From the NCBI GenBank assembly GCA_046160245.1, contig JBJXGU010000267.1, positions 1-46,495 of the forward strand: a DNA stretch of 46,495 bases. Reading direction: 5' to 3'. Positions within the stretch are counted from its first letter, which is position 1; every line of letters starts with the position of its first letter. Under the pieces are notes generated by a model. It did not search any database and had not been told where the DNA came from. It saw only the letters and a list, made by a program, of their open reading frames with translations. This document shows, piece by piece, positions 43,640 to 46,495 of the stretch. Source of the DNA: Bacteroidia bacterium. Lineage in GTDB: Bacteria; Bacteroidota; Bacteroidia; AKYH767-A; OLB10. Both the position numbers and the translations under genes were made by a program.

Positions 43640-43898
43640 CCCGTTTTCTAATATCGAAAATCAAATCTTCGAAGGCACAATTGCACGAATCTGCTGGCAG
43701 CAGGCAAGCGTAAAAAGAGCACAGCTAAATTCAGCTTTACAGGTTTGTGATAGGAATTATTTAACACCTCTGAAATTATTCAAAAGTATTGGAAAATTTG
43801 TATCTTCGAATTAAGTTTTACGGTGTATCATTCAATAATTTAAAATGGACATTCAAAATAAACTAATCGCGAAGCCTCGCGACTAAAAGCCTACAATC

Positions 43899-44357
43899 AT
43901 GAAAAAAATTCAATTCAAAGTAAGCGTAAATGCACCCGCAAGCAAAGTCTACAATGCAATGTTAGGTGTGGAAAGTAAATCAACTTATGAGTAATGGACA
44001 GCATTGTTCAATCCAACATCTACTTTCGAAGGAAGTTGGAACAAGGGAGGTAAAATTCTATTTGTTGGAGTGGATGACAAGGGAGAAAAAGGCCGTATGG
44101 TTTCTAAGATCGTTGAAAACATGCCCAACCGATTTGTTTCCATTCAACATTATGGTCTTGTAAAAGGGGATAAGGAAATTACAGTAGGACCAGAAGTGGA
44201 AAAATGGGCAAATGGATTGGAAAATTATACCTACGAAGAACGCGGCGGTACCACTCTCGTTACTGTGGACTTGGACACTACAGAAGATTTTGTAGATTAT
44301 ATGAATAATGCCTACCCAAAAGCGCTTGACAAGTTGAAAGAAATTTGTGAGAAATAA
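43899..44357 (+). pseudogene. SRPBCC/AHSA1-like protein gene interrupted by an in-frame TAA
   Basis: The ATG at 43899 gives MKKIQFKVSVNAPASKVYNAMLGVESKSTYE, then TAA (43992-43994). The same frame continues WTALFNPTSTFEGSWNKGGKILFVG... to 44357. The stop sits where this family usually has Q (CAA). Confidence 0.7.
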
Positions 44358-44476
44358 AATGTCCATGGAAATAAACTAATTGCAAGGTGAAACGTTGATA
44401 GTCCTAAAATCGGGATGCTGAAAACCGAAAATTATGTAAAAATAAAACAAAGGATTAATCAACTTACCACTAAAAA

Positions 44477-45667
44477 ATGAGAAATATTTTAACTCTTATC
44501 GTATCAATTTTGCTTTGCAACAATTTATTTGCTCAACCCTTTCAAATCGGACATACTACGGTTACCTTCATTGATACCAGTCGAAACAACCGTTCCATTG
44601 CTACTGAAGTTTATTATCCCGCAGATGTTGCAGGAGATAATGAACCCATTACCATTGTTACCACTGATAAATTTCCAGTAATTAGTTTCGGTCACGGGTT
44701 TGTGATGACATGGAATGCTTATCAGAATATTTGGGATGCCGTGGTACAAGAAGGATTTATTATTGCATTTCCGAAAACCGAAGGCGGTTTGGCACCCTCA
44801 CATGCTGAATTTGGAAAGGACCTAGCTTTCGTGATTTCTGAATTAACAACTCTTGGACAAGACACTTCTTCATTATTTTATAATCGCGTTGACACGATGA
44901 ATTGTGTCATGGGACATAGCATGGGAGGCGGTTCTGCTTTTCTTGCTGCGCAGTTTGATCCTTCAATAAAAACAATGGCGACGCTGGCGGCGGCCGAAAC
45001 AAATCCATCTGCCATACAAGCTGGGGCAAGTCTTAGTATTCCATCCTTGATCATTGCCGGAGGTAATGATTGTGTTACACCTCCTTCGGCTAATCAAGTA
45101 CCGATGTATGACTCTTTGCAAAGCACTTGCAAGACTTTTATGAGTATTAATGGAGGAAGTCATTGCCAGATGGCTGATAATAATTTCTTGTGCAGTATTG
45201 GCGAAGCAACATGCACACCTCAACCCACAATTTCGCGTGCGGAACAGCATCTAGTTATTAGTAGCTATTTACTTCCTTGGTTAAAATATGAATTGAAAGG
45301 AGATTGCTTTTCAGGTGCTCAATTTGATTCACTGATCACCACTGACACGAGTATTGTTTTTCAAAAAACATGTTCACTTTGCACTACTACTACTTCTATT
45401 GAAAATACCTCAGCTTTAAGTTTGGAAGTATTTCCGAATCCTTTCCATGATGAGCTGTTTATTCAAAATGACCAAAGAGAAAAAAGTAGGGCTATGATTG
45501 AGGTATATTTAATGAATGGAAGCAAAGTGTTTTCTCAGAATTTTTCAACTGTCAAAGCCAATGAAAAACTCAAATTGAATTTAAAAGAAAATTTGACGGC
45601 TGGAATCTATTTGCTGAAAGTGACCATGGACGGTCAACATAGTTTTAGGAAAATAATTAGGCAATAA
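44477..45667 (+). CDS. Secreted alpha/beta hydrolase of the cutinase/PETase-like (dienelactone hydrolase) type with a T9SS type A C-terminal domain
   Basis: 396 aa with a signal peptide. The blocks [46 protein letters not shown] and [13 protein letters not shown] line up by eye with IsPETase and cutinase blocks, giving a Ser-Asp-His triad. The C-terminal domain reads [14 protein letters not shown]...[21 protein letters not shown]. Confidence 0.82.
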   Translation: [396 protein letters not shown]

Positions 45668-46109
45668 ATAAATTTCAGGTTTGGAAAATTTGAGTAAATA
45701 GGTGCAGTAGCATGAACGTTATTTCAGTTGGAAGAGATTTTAAGACAGTGAATAGCGTCAGTTGATAAAAGCAAATTCACGCTAGCATGAATTGTTATTC
45801 TTTCTCTTAACTTTTGTGGATAACAATGTTATGTAATTTTTCAGGTAATGATGGGTTCATTCAGCCCATCAGAAATGTGCATGACGTTTCTCGCAAGCCT
45901 ATTGGATTGTATAAATTTCAACAAGCCTCTCAGTAAAAGCAACTTGGTACTTTAACTAGTTTTGAAAGCGTCAAAGAAATCTGCGAAAATCGTATTTATC
46001 CGTGTCATCCGTGTTCCCTTTTATGTTACTTTATAGTAAGAGGTTTAATATTAAAGAATCATCAGTATCCTAATATGTGTTCAATCCTTCAAAGTAAGAC
46101 TCGCAATTA

Positions 46110-46495
46110 CTACCGCAACAACATAATTGTCCTCACCACCTGCTCATCCTTCAGCCTTCCATCTGCATACCCCTTGTAATTTATTTTAGCTACATAAATT
46201 CCTTCGGGTGCAAGGGTGTTTTTGTAAAACCCATCCCAAAAAGAATCGATATCATTTCCTGCAAAAACTTCTTGTCCCCAACGGTTATAAATTCGTAAAT
46301 TGAATTCTTCTATAATGCAATCGCTCACAATACTATAATTTTCATTTTTGGTATCGGAGTTCGGACTAAATGCATTTGGAATCCAAACATTGCATGGACA
46401 CTTCTCATAGGCGATACCGATAGTATCTCCCGCTACACCGCAAGTATTGGACGCCGATGCAAAATAAATTCCAGTTTGTTTCACAATGATAGATG
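46110..46495 (-). CDS. C-terminal part of a large T9SS type B (gliding-motility-associated C-terminal domain) protein, partial at the window edge
   Basis: The frame is open to the end of the window. It shows the typical VWIPNAFSPNSDTKNENYSI...LRIYNRWGQEVF...WDG...APEGIYVAKINY signature. Confidence 0.8.
   Translation of the reverse strand, partial: SIIVKQTGIYFASASNTCGVAGDTIGIAYEKCPCNVWIPNAFSPNSDTKNENYSIVSDCIIEEFNLRIYNRWGQEVFAGNDIDSFWDGFYKNTLAPEGIYVAKINYKGYADGRLKDEQVVRTIMLLR

Noticed and set aside
45975-46018. aaatctgcgaaaatcgtatttatccgtgtcatccgtgttcc, which contains a direct atccgtgt duplication and resembles dispersed intergenic repeats I associate with Bacteroidota genomes.
   Set aside because: There is a single copy in this window and I cannot verify the resemblance, so there is no basis for a feature call.
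1-46495. Search for CRISPR arrays, tRNA/rRNA genes, a reverse transcriptase/DGR or prophage structural genes.
   Set aside because: I saw no regularly spaced 25-40 nt repeats and no tRNA T-arm/acceptor signatures (for example GGTTCGAATCC-like). I also saw no RT motifs and no phage-like ORFs. The only tandem repeat is the 7-mer at 1-32.

Overview
This is a low-GC Bacteroidota-type chromosomal segment. The evidence is many T9SS C-terminal sorting domains, MKK-type lipoprotein and signal leaders, and no Shine-Dalgarno-rich leaders. Core metabolism genes sit at the edges: a glutaryl-CoA-dehydrogenase-type ACAD, the NADP-malic enzyme MaeB and a DHFR-family reductase. The centre (about 6.0-24.9 kb) is a roughly 19 kb run of 17 same-strand genes forming a heavy-metal resistance island. 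It holds a DUF6660-like Cys-rich peptide, a CzcA RND pump fused in frame to a TolC-like outer-membrane factor, and a His-rich adaptor. A three-gene insert carrying a membrane-tethered AlbA_2 protein follows, then two metal-binding lipoproteins and a second CzcA-CzcB pair. The island ends with a cytochrome-like/beta-propeller lipoprotein, a MerC-GDCCVxC fusion, a TauE/SafE permease and a P1B ATPase whose phosphorylation motif reads DKTRT. The island abuts a decayed IS1634-family transposase that truncates an FG-GAP gene. Other notable content: a tandem family of four small secreted CxGxGxC-motif proteins (1.6-4.3 kb), a TlpA / beta-barrel / Omp28-like CxxC cluster, several T9SS cargo genes including a PETase/cutinase-like esterase, and an SRPBCC gene with an in-frame stop. 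I found no rRNA, tRNA or CRISPR array. All family assignments come from motif recognition by eye, not from searches.
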